Origin: Nemertoderma westbladi
Taxonomy: Eukaryota; Animalia; Xenacoelomorpha
Assembly (NCBI GenBank): GCA_032718475.1
Contig: JAUCBJ010000505.1
Location: forward strand, 92,006 to 156,005
DNA: 64,000 nt
Direction of reading: 5' to 3'
Numbering within the stretch: the first letter of the stretch is position 1; each line of letters starts with the position of its first letter. A program made the translations under genes and the position numbers. Positions 39,251-50,598 of the stretch are shown in pieces. Below the pieces are notes generated by a model, which had not been told where the DNA came from, did no database searches, and was given only the letters and a program-made list of their open reading frames with translations.

Positions 39251-40407
39251 ATTTAATTAATAATACATAATTTAAGGTACGTAATACGATACTAAACAAT
39301 GTAATACAGCACAAAACTTTACAATACAATACTAAGCAATATAATACAGTACAAAACTTTACAATACAACACTAAACACTATAATATGATACAGTACTTT
39401 ACAATAGAACACGTAACAATACAATACAATGCTTCACAGTACAATACCAGATAATACAATACTTTACTATACAATACACTACAATACGATACATTGCAAT
39501 ACGATACAGTAAAATACAGGCAATACAATACAATAAATACGTTACTATTCTGTACAGTACAAATCGGTTTGAGACAATACACTACGATAGGCTAAAAACA
39601 AGGTTGTAAGGTCTGTATTGTCTGTGAGGCCTCTAAAGCACCCCATCTACTGAGGGGGGGAAGGTTGGGGATCTGCGCAGCCACATGGAGGAGTTCCCAC
39701 GCCACAGGATAACGGATAGCCTCTGGAAAAGGTGTCGGATTGAGTCACCAGTGGGTGTACCACGTCTCAGGCCCTGGAGTCTGGCAATTTCCCGAATGGT
39801 AGAGGAAGAGTGGGGATCCCAACCGCCTAGTGCCTCAACGACCAAGGGTGTAAAACCGACGCCGGAGCTCCTGCACTCATCTGCGTGGGCTGCTAGCTTT
39901 CGATTTCTGGCTATGGATTGGGCATAGCCAGGGTCTGTGGCAGCACCGTTGAGGGTTAAGGCCTGCAGGGGGGAGATGACCGTGACATCCAAGGCCATTG
40001 GCTGACTGCGATGCCAGTTGGGGAGAAAAATATCGGCTGGACGACTGCGAGACCCAGGAATGAGGCCGGGGACTTCACTTCGAGGCGCAAGAGCAGCAGA
40101 TTGTGCAGCTAAGAAAATTGCGCCCCGAAGAGAGTCATGACGAGCAATCCTGTCCCCATCTCCACCGCAGCCGACCTGATGATCCCCATACGGGTCTGCT
40201 GGGGAAGAGCATACGGGACAAGGGTAGGTGGAGGAGCTCATACGGATGCCAAGCCAGTAGCAACTTGAGTGGCGATACTCGGCGTCAAGGAAATGTAGCC
40301 CTAGGCTTTCTGAAGGGATTGTATGTAGCCAATCTCCTGCATGTGGCAGGGAGGAGGAGTTGGCAAGCGCCTTAGACCTGTGGTCAGGGGCATTAGAGAT
40401 TAGGTCA
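39251..40407 (-). mobile_element. 5'-truncated RLE-type non-LTR retrotransposon (CRE-like)
   Basis: CCHC 'CPVC...GDHQVGC', 'RIARHD', restriction-like endonuclease 'RPAD...ALDVTV', 'PLVVEALGGW'; low-complexity 3' UTR; 11-bp TSD tatccaaaagt (39240-39250, 40408-40418). Confidence 0.85.
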
Positions 40408-40460
40408 TATCCAAAAGTGACTTCGTACTCTGTGCTTTAGGTTGCTCTCACCTGGATGAC
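40408..40460 (-). mobile_element. Short Gypsy integrase segment between two nested insertions
   Basis: Reads 'HPGESNLKHRVRSHFWI', bridging '...AHQGGH' (about 47107) and 'FWIPNL' (39250). Confidence 0.85.
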
Positions 40461-41011
40461 TGTTAGCTTATCCAATTCCGCTAACATGAACCCACAAAGT
40501 AAGCCGTTGAGCAATATTGGGAGCACGAGGTTGATTACCAATCAACCTCGTGTCACCCCAGTAAACGGGGACAATAGGCCCCAAAGGAGACACACACAAT
40601 AAGGGTCAGGGGCCAAACCCCTAACAGAGAGAGAACAACAGGGGCAACGGGAAACACACCAGGGAAGGTGAAAGGGCGAGAAGTGGGATATTAGCCAATG
40701 GGGGGACAGCATCGACTAGGTACAGTAATATGGCCAACTGTGCAGTACATATATTACCTGTTGGTGCTTCCCTATTCAGTCTAGTTTACTCAGTCAGATC
40801 AGTAGGGTGGAACGGTGACTTCTGTCACCGTCCGCTACCGCCATCATACTTATCTACCGGTAACCGTGTCATACTATACTGTGCTATATCAGACTATATT
40901 ATACCTTTATACATATTACCGAACATCAGAACTCTTTTACCTTTCACACACGGCGGGGACGCGTGGATAGAAAACCCAACGGATAAACCGGGATCCGTAG
41001 ATCCCGTCACA
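40461..41011 (+). repeat. 5' LTR (551 bp) of the pol-less element
   Basis: Direct repeat of 46559-47106. Confidence 0.92.
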
Positions 41012-41176
41012 GTGACAGAATTAGATCCACCCAGCTGCCCTGACAGTGACAGAATCTAGATCCGCCCAGCTGCCCTGACAGTGATAGAATCCTAGCAGCT
41101 GCCCTAACAGTCTGACAGTGATAGAACTAGATCCAACCAACTGACAGACTGTGGCTGCCAGCCACCAAAGACAAAG

Positions 41177-44100
41177 ATGAGTCGAGAGAAAGGAACGACA
41201 CCGCCGCGGACCCCGGACGACGATCTAACGATCCGCGAGGCCACGGCGAGACGATACGAACCCACGACGCCGGTCGATGCTACGCCGACCACGTCGACGC
41301 ACGTTGACTCCACGTCGATAACGAGCGACCCGGCGAACCAAGATGTGGGGGGTCGTCTACAAAGAGAAATCGAGTCGGGAGGAGAAGAGGAAGACGAGTC
41401 GACGCGGAGCGAGGGTCGACGTACCGATGTCACCGGTCAGCCACAGGCCGAGGACGACGGACGGTCCACCGGAACGGCGACGGTGGGGCCGTCGGTACGA
41501 CGTCGGACCCGGAGAGATGGAGGAGAGGTCGGCGACGAGGACGTCGGGGTTTCTGATCGACTTCGAAGGGCCTACCTCGCGACCCGGGAGCAACTGAGAG
41601 AGGCCAAAGGAGGGGCGAAGATAGACGAGGTGAGACTGAGGAAACGACTAGGTGAGTCGAATAGACACTTTGATTACCTAATGCGTTTTGGGCAGAGAGA
41701 ACTAGCCGAGGAGAGAGCAAAAGGGGTTGCCAGCGAACTGTTTGAACTATGGGAATGTGGGGGTATGGAACCTAGCGTAGTGTACGTAGGGCCATACTTA
41801 GTCGATGCCCGGGGAGTAAAATTAGTGGGTTGGAAGAGACCTGAGGAGGGCGAATCCGAGGTTAACTCCGAGGATTCGGTCTCGTCGGTTGGAGGAAGTT
41901 CCGGGAGGCGGGGGAAAGTTAGTAGGACGGAGGGGCGGCGGGAGTCCGTCGCAACCGATAAGTCTGCTACATCCTCCGTAAAAGAAAGAAGGGTGCGGGA
42001 GATGAATCTGGAGTGTAGATTGGAAATGGTGGCGAATGAGCAGGATGGGTTAGAGAGACAATTGAGAGAGGAAACCGCATTCTCAGAGGAGTTAGGAGAG
42101 TCGGAAAGGGAGTATAGAGAGAAAGCCGAGGAGTCTAGAGAGAGAGCCAAGGAGTGTAGAGAGCGAGAGATGGGAGTAGAGAACGAGCCGGCGAGGCGGC
42201 TTGAGATGGTTGCGAGAGTGTCAGAGTCGGCCGAGCAGGATATGCGACAGAGAGGGATAGAGTGTAAGCGCAGGCGGGATGATTTGCATGCCCTACTAAG
42301 GGGGATTATGCAACATCAAGCCAAACTGAATCAGCGCCGACTAGAACTGGCGCGGTTGGAACTGTCAGAGAGTGAGCCCCCACTTACAGGCACCGGGCGA
42401 GAGAACCAGAACTGCTGTAGCCGTACGGGCGGGGGGGGGGGGGGTAGTAATAGTACGTTAGAAGTAATTAATGTTAATAGTACCGTAGTAGATAACCCTA
42501 ATCCCTTTATTGCAGCAAATAATATTTTACCTGGTAGTAGTAATTTAAATTTAAATTCAAATAATAACATTAGTTCAAATATTCAGAATAATTCAAATAA
42601 TACGAATAATAATTTAAATTTTGAAAATTCAAATAATTCTAATTTAAATAATTTAAATCTCGTTTCAAATTCTAACAATTTAATTGATTTAACAAATAGT
42701 ATTGGGAATGGTGCTATTAATATGAGCGTGTCGGACGTACATAACCCGGCAGACGGTGGCCTGGTAGGCCACGTAGTTAGTAGGCAGGAAGTGGCAGGGT
42801 TGAGCCAACCCGACGGCGGCCTGGTAGGCCACGTAGTTGGTAGGCAGGAGGCAGCGGGGTTGAGCCAACCCGAGGTGGGCCTGATGGGCCACGCAGTAGT
42901 AGAGAGAGAGGCGGGGGTGAATAGACCCAGCCGTAGTAAAGACAGTGCGTCGACTAGAGAGGGGTGTAGAGACGAAGTAAGAGATAGTGAAGTTAGATGT
43001 GGCGGGTGGGGGGGGGCTACGGGCGCCCCACCAAATAAGATTAGTGGCGAGAGAGGGGGGGCAGAGAATGCCCCACAAGAGGGATGTAGAAGTGTAGTAA
43101 GAGGTAGTGAAGTTAGAAGTGGCGGGTGGGGGGGGGCTACGGGCACCCCACCGCGAGAGATTAGTAGAGAGAGAGGGGGGGCAGAGAGTGTCCCACAGCC
43201 GTCAGCGGATAATGCGCGGGCCGAATCAGGTAAACCGCAACACCCGGCGACGGAGAGTAATGGGGGGGTTGCGAGTACCCCCAGCGGCGTGCGATCGAGC
43301 AGAGAGAGGCAGGTTGACGTCGCGAGAGGGCAGACGAAGCGTCGAGCCCGATCAGAAGAAGAGAGAAGAAGAACAATGGAGTTTAACCGGGAGGTCGACG
43401 AGAGATCTCACGAGCCGGAATACTGCACTGAAAAGAGAAGAAGAGGAGATAGTAGAAAAGGTGTCGCCACGAACGATAGGAGTGTGAGGACGGATAGCGG
43501 ACCGTCGATAATAGAGATGGAGTTAGGAAGTCGGTGGGGTCGAACTTCGGGAGATTGCCGTCGCCCCGGAGAAACGCACCGCATGCCAGGAGGGGGGTAC
43601 AGGACGTACCAATACAAAGTTGAGAACAGGAATGGGGATCGAAGAGAAGCTTCCCGGCGGGATATAGCTGCCGATCGAGGGTGCGGTAGTCGCGGGGAAA
43701 TTCGAGATTCGCGAAGAGTAAACTTCGGTTCGGAAGGGCACATGCAGACTGCAGGACATACTGTAGGCCTTACTGCACATACTATTATAGGCCATGCTGG
43801 GAGAGATAGAGTAGGCGATAGGGTAGCGCGAACGACGGGATTAGACCCGGAAGTCGCGGAGTACATACCGGTAGGTAGGCGAGAGGTAGGTAGGCCTATA
43901 TCGGTACAGCAGCATGACTATAATACACAGGGACATAACATATATCCAGGGGAGGGGAGAGTTATGGGAGATAGACGTATGGGCCCCAATATATTAACAT
44001 CAACCCCAGTACCAAACATACCGGCCGGGGGGGGGGGGACAGGGTGACATTCCCCCATCACAATATCGACAATATACCCCGATAGGAGCAAGAACATCGA

Positions 44101-44897
44101 ACTCCCTGGACGAGAACAGGTCGTGCGGACAGTCACTACCACACGCGGCCGTACAGGGGACTGCTAGTCCACAGTTAGCTGGTAGCAGGGCCACACCGTG
44201 GCAGGGACAGAAAGAAAATAACATCATAAATAAATACAATCCCAATATACCCAGTAGGCCGAGTCTAGACAATCGAAACATTAAATCGGTACATATAAAC
44301 CTAAGCGCGATACGTGAAGGACTATACAGGAAATGCTATAATCCAGGATTCCAATGTCAATTACATCGGGACGGAACCCATAAGACCAGGAGTTGCAAGT
44401 ACTGGCAAGCGTTGCCCAAACGAGATCGTGTAGCCTACACAGACGCAAACGGACTATGTCATCGATGTGTGGTAAAAGGACACAGATCCGGAGAGTGTTG
44501 GAAAGGGAGAGGATGTGAAAGGACTAGACCAGGGGCAGAGAAGCCCATGAGCAAACATAAAGGAGTCGGGAAAGTAGAAGGAGGCGTGTTGCATACACAC
44601 GCAGGACTGACACAGTGCGAGGGGGCATTACATGGGCAGACACCGCGTATACCGAGGGACGAGCGGGGGTCGTCGAGGGCTTTAATGCCAGCGCACATAC
44701 GAAGGGGGAGGCCAGCAAAGGTAGCACCGAAGAGAGTGTGGCGAAGAGTTAGAGGACGTATAGGTGGGCAGCAGGAGAGTGCCTACTGGAAGAAGGGGCA
44801 CCTGAGAGTTTTTAGTCGTCCAAAGTTTTGGACTGAGGGGGGTGGGAATGAGGGCGAGACGCCCTTCCCACGCACAAAATATAAAATAATTATTTAA
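41177..44897 (+). CDS. Long Gag-like protein (charged coiled-coil, Asn-rich and Gly/Arg-rich disordered regions, C-terminal zinc knuckles), one frame break at the G12 run 44027-44038
   Basis: 956-aa ORF 41177-44047; the +1 frame is open from the G-run to 44897 and encodes 'CQLHRDGTHKTRSC...DRVAYTDANGLCHRCVVKGHRSGEC'. Confidence 0.65.
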
Positions 44898-44934
44898 TTA
44901 AAATAAGCCATAATTAAATAATAGAGTAGGTAGA

Positions 44935-46150
44935 AGTTAGGTAGTAAGAGTTAGTTAGTTAGTTAGTTTGTTAAAGGGTGGTACGTAGTACCGTTAGAGA
45001 GTAAGAGTTAGAGGGTACGTAGTACCGTTAGAGAGTAAGAGTTAGAGGGTACGCAGTACCGTTAGAGAGTAGGAGTTAAGGGGTACGTAGTCCCGTTAGA
45101 GAGTTAGTAAGAGTAAGAGGGTACGTAGTACCGCTAGAGCTAGAGTAGTAAGAGGGTACGTTGTACCGCTAGCTAGTAGAGAGAGCTAGAGTAGTAAGAG
45201 GGTACGTAGTACCGCTAGTTAGGGGTGTTAGTAGAGCAGTAGAGGGTTGTGGGCACCATAAGCGCCACGTAGATGGAAGTAGCAGTAGAGGGTCGTGGGC
45301 ACCGCAAGCGCCACGTAGTTAGAATTATTAGGGAATGCGTTGAACTTAGTGGGGCACGGGCGTGATGACGTGTTTGATGTAAGAGCAGGGTATGTTAATT
45401 AGGGTGGGTGCCGGGCACAAGAGGTGCCGGGCACAAAAGGAGTTAGTAGAGTTAGAAGGTGCCGGGCACAAGAGGTGCCGGGCACAAAAAGAGTTAGTAG
45501 AGTTAGAAGGTGCCGGGCACAAGAGGTGCCGGGCACAAAAAGAGTTAGTAAGAGTTAGTAGAGAGTTAGTAGAGTTAGTAAGAGTTAGTAGTAGTTCACA
45601 TGATTAACGTACCCACTCTGCCGGCATTCAGAGCGTCACGTGTAGGCGAGTAGACGTAAAGGGAGTAGATGCAAAGGAGGTAAGTTAGAGATAGAGTAGA
45701 GTAGCAGAGAGGGCACATAGGGTGCCAGGTAGTAAAGTTAGAGATAGAGTAGAGTAGTAGAGAGGGCACATAGGGTGCCAGGTAGTAGAGTTAGAGTGTT
45801 AGAGGTAGTAGAGAGGGTACATAGGGTACCAGTGAGTAGAAGAGTAGAGACGGGCACGTAGGGTGCCAGGTAGTAAAGTTAGAGAGTTAGAGGTAGTAGA
45901 GTAGAGCAGAGAGGGCACATAGGGTGCCAGGTAGTAGAGTTAGAGAGTTGGTAGACTCAAAGGAGTCAAGTAGAGTTAGTAGAAGTAGAGAGCTAGTAGG
46001 AGTTAGTTAGACTTAGTAGTTCTAGTTAGAGTTAGTAGAAAGTTAGAGGCTTTAGTTAGAGCCAGAAGTAGTGAGAGTTAGCGGAGAGTAGAGTTAGTAG
46101 TTAGTAGAGTTAGATAGTTAGAGTTAGTAAGCAGTAGGTAGATGGTATGA
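44935..46150. repeat. Purine-rich internal tandem repeats of the pol-less LTR element
   Basis: Repeated gagggtacgtagtaccgttagag, ggtgccgggcacaa and gagggcacatagggtgccaggtag blocks embedded in (gttaga/gtaga)n. Confidence 0.85.
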
Positions 46151-46558
46151 TAGCACAGGGGTAGCATTAGAGATTAGGGCCTTAGGGAGGGCAAGAGAGA
46201 TAGCGAGAGGTGGTATGGAGATAGTGTGGAGAGAGTGTGGGCGCAATTCAAGTGGGGGGGGGGGGAGAATAGAGGCTGAGTGAGGGATGGGAGGTCCGAG
46301 GGTTGAGAGAGAGGAGAGGGAGTAGAGTCAGGGCGAAAGTGTTGGGGAAACAAAAGTTGTGTGAGAGAAGCGCACGATCGGCCCGACACGAAACGCCAGA
46401 GGGTAGCAATATCATACCCATAGGGAGCGGCCCGGAAAGCCGGCTCCGAAAGAAAATAACCCACCCCACACCCGATACTAGATCGGGATCCAGCGGAATT
46501 GTAGCGCACTTTTTTGGTGGATGCTATCTTCTCACCGGGAAGATAGCATGGGGGGGAG

Positions 46559-47106
46559 TGTTAGCTTATCCAATTCCGCTAACATGAACCCACAAAGTAA
46601 GCCGTTGAGCAATATTGGGAGCACGAGGTTGATTACCAATCAACCTCGTGTCACCCCAGTAAACGGGGACAATAGGCCCCAAAGGAGACACACACAATAA
46701 GGGTCAGGGGCCAAACCCCTAACAGAGAGAGAACAACAGGGGCAACGGGAAACACACCAGGGAAGGTGAAAGGGCGAGAAGTGGGATATTAGCCAATGGG
46801 GGGACAGCATCGACTAGGTACAGTAATATGGCCAATTGTGCAGTACATATATTACCTGTTGGTGCTTCCCTATTCAGTCAGTTTACTCAGTCAGATCAGT
46901 AGGGTGGAACGGTGACTTCTATCACCGTCCGCTACCGCCATCATACTTATCTACCGGTAACCGTGTCATACTATGCTATATATATCAACTATATTATACC
47001 CTATACATATAACCGAACACCAGAACTCTTTTTACCTTTCACACACGGCGGGGACGCGTAGATAGAAAACCCAACGGATAAACCGGGATCCGTAGATCCC
47101 GTCACA
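46559..47106 (+). repeat. 3' LTR (548 bp) of the pol-less element
   Basis: Direct repeat of 40461-41011, preceded by PPT. Confidence 0.92.
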
Positions 47107-49446
47107 ATGACCACCTTGGTGTGCCTTTTGGATAGCTTGAGACCAGAGTGATTGTGGCAATATGATCTGTTCACCCTTCAGAAGAAGGCCAGCATCTGAG
47201 AGAACAATTTGCTGAAAGACACCACGAAATGGCCTGAGTGAGTCATCTTTGTTGTCTAGAAATCCTTTCTGAAGGCACTTGATCAGACGACTTAGTAGGG
47301 GATCCTGTTTAGTTTCCTCAATGATATGGTCCATGGCTATTGACTCTGTGTAAGGGCTAAATTTAAGGAACCAGATGGTCTGTTCTAGGGACTGTGTTTC
47401 AGACTGCCACTCAGCTGGTAGTTGATGAAATGGAAGGGCATGCCTGGACAAATAATCAGCCGGGTTGGTCTTGCCTTGATGATGACGAACATGATAATGG
47501 AGATCTTGATGTATGAGCGTGATGTGGTCACACCTAACAGAACCATTTATCTTACTGCCAAATATGGTTACCAACGCTTTATGGTCAGTGAAAATTATAA
47601 CCTGAGGCCCCCCAGCAATGTAGTGACGGAAAGCAAAGTCTATAGCTAATGCTTCGAGATCCAATTGAGGGTATCGACGTTCTGTTGATGTTGTGGCTCT
47701 GCTGGCACAAGCTACCGCATGGACTTGAGTCTCACTTTGTCCTTGGCACAATATGGCTGAAAGACCAGAGCTATAGGCGTCAACATATATATAAGTTGGA
47801 AGATTTGAGTCATAGTAATGAAGAAGTATGTCTTCTCTGAATAGGTCCTTTAATGACAGAAACTCACGTTCACAATCTGCTGTCCAGCGGAAATGACAGT
47901 GTTTTTGAGTAAGTTGGCGTAGATGGGTTGTGTGTTCAGCAAGGTGTGGCAGAAATTCCGAATTGGATTGTATCATGCAGATAAAAGACATAACATCCTC
48001 CTTGGAGTGAGGGTGTGGGGCTTCCTGTAGGGCCTTAACCTTGGCAGGGTCAGGACGTAGACCCTTATCAGAAAGAATTAGTCCCCAGAATGGAATTTCA
48101 TTAAGCCGAAAATGACACTTACTGGAATTAAGTGTTAGGCCACAATGTTGGATCTGCTCTAACACTTGATGGAGTTCGATATCATGTTCCTCAAAGGAAG
48201 GGACCGCAATGATCAGGTCATCATGAATAATATGTACTGAAGGGATATGGGCAAAAAGAGGTCGCAGAGCATTATTCAATTCACCCGAAGCTGGTTTTGC
48301 ACCCATAGTGAGCCGGGTGTATCGAAAAAGTCGTTCACCATCAGTAAAGACTGCCAGGTAACGAGATTCTGGTTTGAGTTCCAGCTGATGGAAGGATGAC
48401 CGGAAATCAAGCTTGGAGAAAACCTGGGATCCAGAAAGCTGAACCTTGATATCTTCAGGCCTTGGAATAGGTAAATGAGTGTCACGAATGGCCTTGTTCA
48501 CATTTCGAAGATCAACAGTAATTCGGATCACACCATTGTCTTTTGGTGCAAGGACAAGATTTGATATCCAAGGTGCAGGTCCAGTATGTGGTTCAATAAT
48601 TCCTTCTTCTTCCATGGCCTTCAAGGCTTGATGAAGGCGCCCTTGAAGATGAAATGGTACAGGACGTGCTGGTTCCGCGACTGGTTGAACTGATGGGTCT
48701 ACATGAAGTTCAACTTGGTGGTTCTGTAGCTTACCAGTCCCATGAAATACTTTAGGGTAACAGGTGGTGAGTCGTTCGAGTAATTCATCTTTCTGGCCTT
48801 TATCAGTGGCTAGGTCACATCGATTGACATCAGCTTCCATATTTACATGACGTTTACAGAATGTGATTATTCCAAGAGCTTCAGAAGCTGGTCCACTAAT
48901 GAGTGTTTCCACGTTGCGGTCTACAATATAGATCCTGATGTTAGCAATTGTGTTTTGGAATCTGATGGCCCCAGTATAGTACCCTATACAGGGAACCGGT
49001 TTGGAACCATATGGTTTAATCCGCATTTTTGTGCTTAGCAATGGAAGTTTGAGTTTATCAGCCAGAGCTCGAGACATTACACTTATGTCAGCACCAGTGT
49101 CAGCAAAGGCAGTGACAATAGCCTCCTTTACAATGATTGGGACTTGGTACCGGGAGGTGGTTGATTTTAACTTCCGATCTTTGTAGTGCTGGGGCTGTGC
49201 GCGGCGAATATGTTGGATATATCGGCATGATGCCCCCCGGCGAGGCTGCTTTGTCACAGTTTCCGAGGGTGGGGGTTGCTCATCTGAAGAGGATGATGAC
49301 TCCTGGGTGAATTCAGGAGTATGATCCTCATATACATAGTGTTCGGATTCACTGTTGGATGAGTCATCCCGGAGAACCCGCCTGGCATAATCACTGCGAC
49401 CTGATCGCCTGGGCCTATATGCATTGCATGCTGGGGTGCCTTTCAT
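47107..49446 (-). pseudogene. Gypsy (Mag-like) pol: protease, RT, RNase H, start of integrase; interrupted
   Basis: Protease 'ADTGAD', RT 'WISNLV', 'FSKLDF', 'IHDD', RNase H 'VDAYSSGL', 'FTDHK', 'NPADYLSR', integrase 'AHQGGH' cut by the LTR insertion. Confidence 0.92.
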
Positions 49447-50138
49447 ATGTCCATATGCTTCTTCAGTTGGGTTTTACGTGAGTAACGACATGGTTTGCTA
49501 ACCCGATGGACATCAGAAATGGGTGCTGATGGCCCAGCCAATTTCTGTGCACCAATAGATGCAGCATCCAGCCGCCTGCCATTGGTTATAAGATCATTCA
49601 GATTCCATTGCTCTTTTAGAGCAGTTTTTCGTATTTCTAGATTACGAGTGCCAACAATAACTTGGTCACGTATAAGTCGTTCACGAACTGTACATGTAGG
49701 CCCACATGAGAATTCACAGTGGTGAGATTCTTGCTTGATGCGGTTTATAAAGCAGTCAAACGTTTCATTCTCCTGTTGGATGAGGTTATGAAATTCATAG
49801 TGGGAGAGTGTTACATTTTTATTTGGCTTGTACCGATCTTTGAGGAGTCTGACCATATCTGTAAATGGAATCACATCATGTTCTGCTTCCAGAACAGTCT
49901 CCTCGAAGTCTCGTTGCAGGTTACGACTTGCAAATCGTCCTAGGAACTGTCGCCGTTTGTTTGTATTGTGCCAAGCCGCGGTATCGGCTGTACCTTCAGG
50001 TGGGTCGCGTGTGATGGAGAAGTATTCATACTCAAATGCGGAGACAAACTCACAGAATGCTGTGTATGTATCAGAGGGATGATCAGCTGGATCGAACTTG
50101 GAAATACCTGGTATTCTGGACATCGCCATTGACAGCAC
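49443..50138 (-). pseudogene. Gypsy gag (truncated/frameshifted at the zinc knuckle)
   Basis: 'QQENETFDCFINRIK', 'CEF', 'LIRDQVIVG'; only 'GHMKGTPAC' of the knuckle remains, in the next frame. Confidence 0.85.
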
Positions 50139-50197
50139 AGAATTGAACAGAAACAGGAAGAGTTATAAAATTAATGTATATCGGTAATCCGTATAAT

Positions 50198-50208
50198 CCT
50201 CGTCGCCA
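50198..50208 (-). promoter_or_regulatory. Gypsy primer-binding site TGGCGACGAGG; 5' LTR begins at about 50210 (far boundary unresolved)
   Basis: TGG-initiated PBS just upstream of gag, 1 nt after a CA on the minus strand; this PBS type is common in Mag-clade Gypsy elements. Confidence 0.75.
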
Positions 50209-50598
50209 GTGAAATATCCCGTTTTGCGATAAAGAAACTGTTACACTGCAGTTATAATATATTATATTACCACAGTTTAAGTTTACCAGTTTATGGGTTT
50301 ATATAAACGACTCACCAAACATAGGCTACACGGTAGCTACACAGTAGGCCTACTGTATATCAATATAATAGGCCTAATACACTATCGAGTACCGGTACCA
50401 TGAATGTTTTGTTGCAGACAGTTTGATTCCGGATACTTCAGCAGGTAATACCCGAGACGCGTTACCCGGTATTTCCCGCTACCAGTATAGGCCTACTGCC
50501 TACTGGCGACCTGGTACCGGTATAGGCCTACCTGCGTACTTGTACCCGGTACTGAACGTGAATTAAACTTCTCGAAAAGTGGCCTATAACGACCGCTG

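Larger units (their letters stand above)
40461..47106 (+). mobile_element. Non-autonomous (pol-less) LTR retrotransposon, BEL/Pao-related
   Basis: LTRs 40461-41011 and 46559-47106 (TG...CA); 5-bp TSD atgac (40456-40460, 47107-47111); PPT gggggggag at 46550-46558; BEL-type multi-knuckle Gag C-terminus; no protease/RT/RNase H/integrase motifs. Confidence 0.88.

Noticed and set aside
41151-41165. TGGCTGCCAG as the PBS of the pol-less LTR element
   Set aside because: It lies 140 bp from the LTR end defined by the 3' LTR and TSD, and forms a palindrome (gtggct-gcc-agccac); I recognise no tRNA match, though a search would be needed to exclude one.
49443-49446. ATGA stop/start overlap between Gypsy gag and pol as a reinitiation mechanism
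   Set aside because: The junction falls inside a broken zinc knuckle (only GHMKGTPAC remains), which is better explained by a deletion-induced frameshift.
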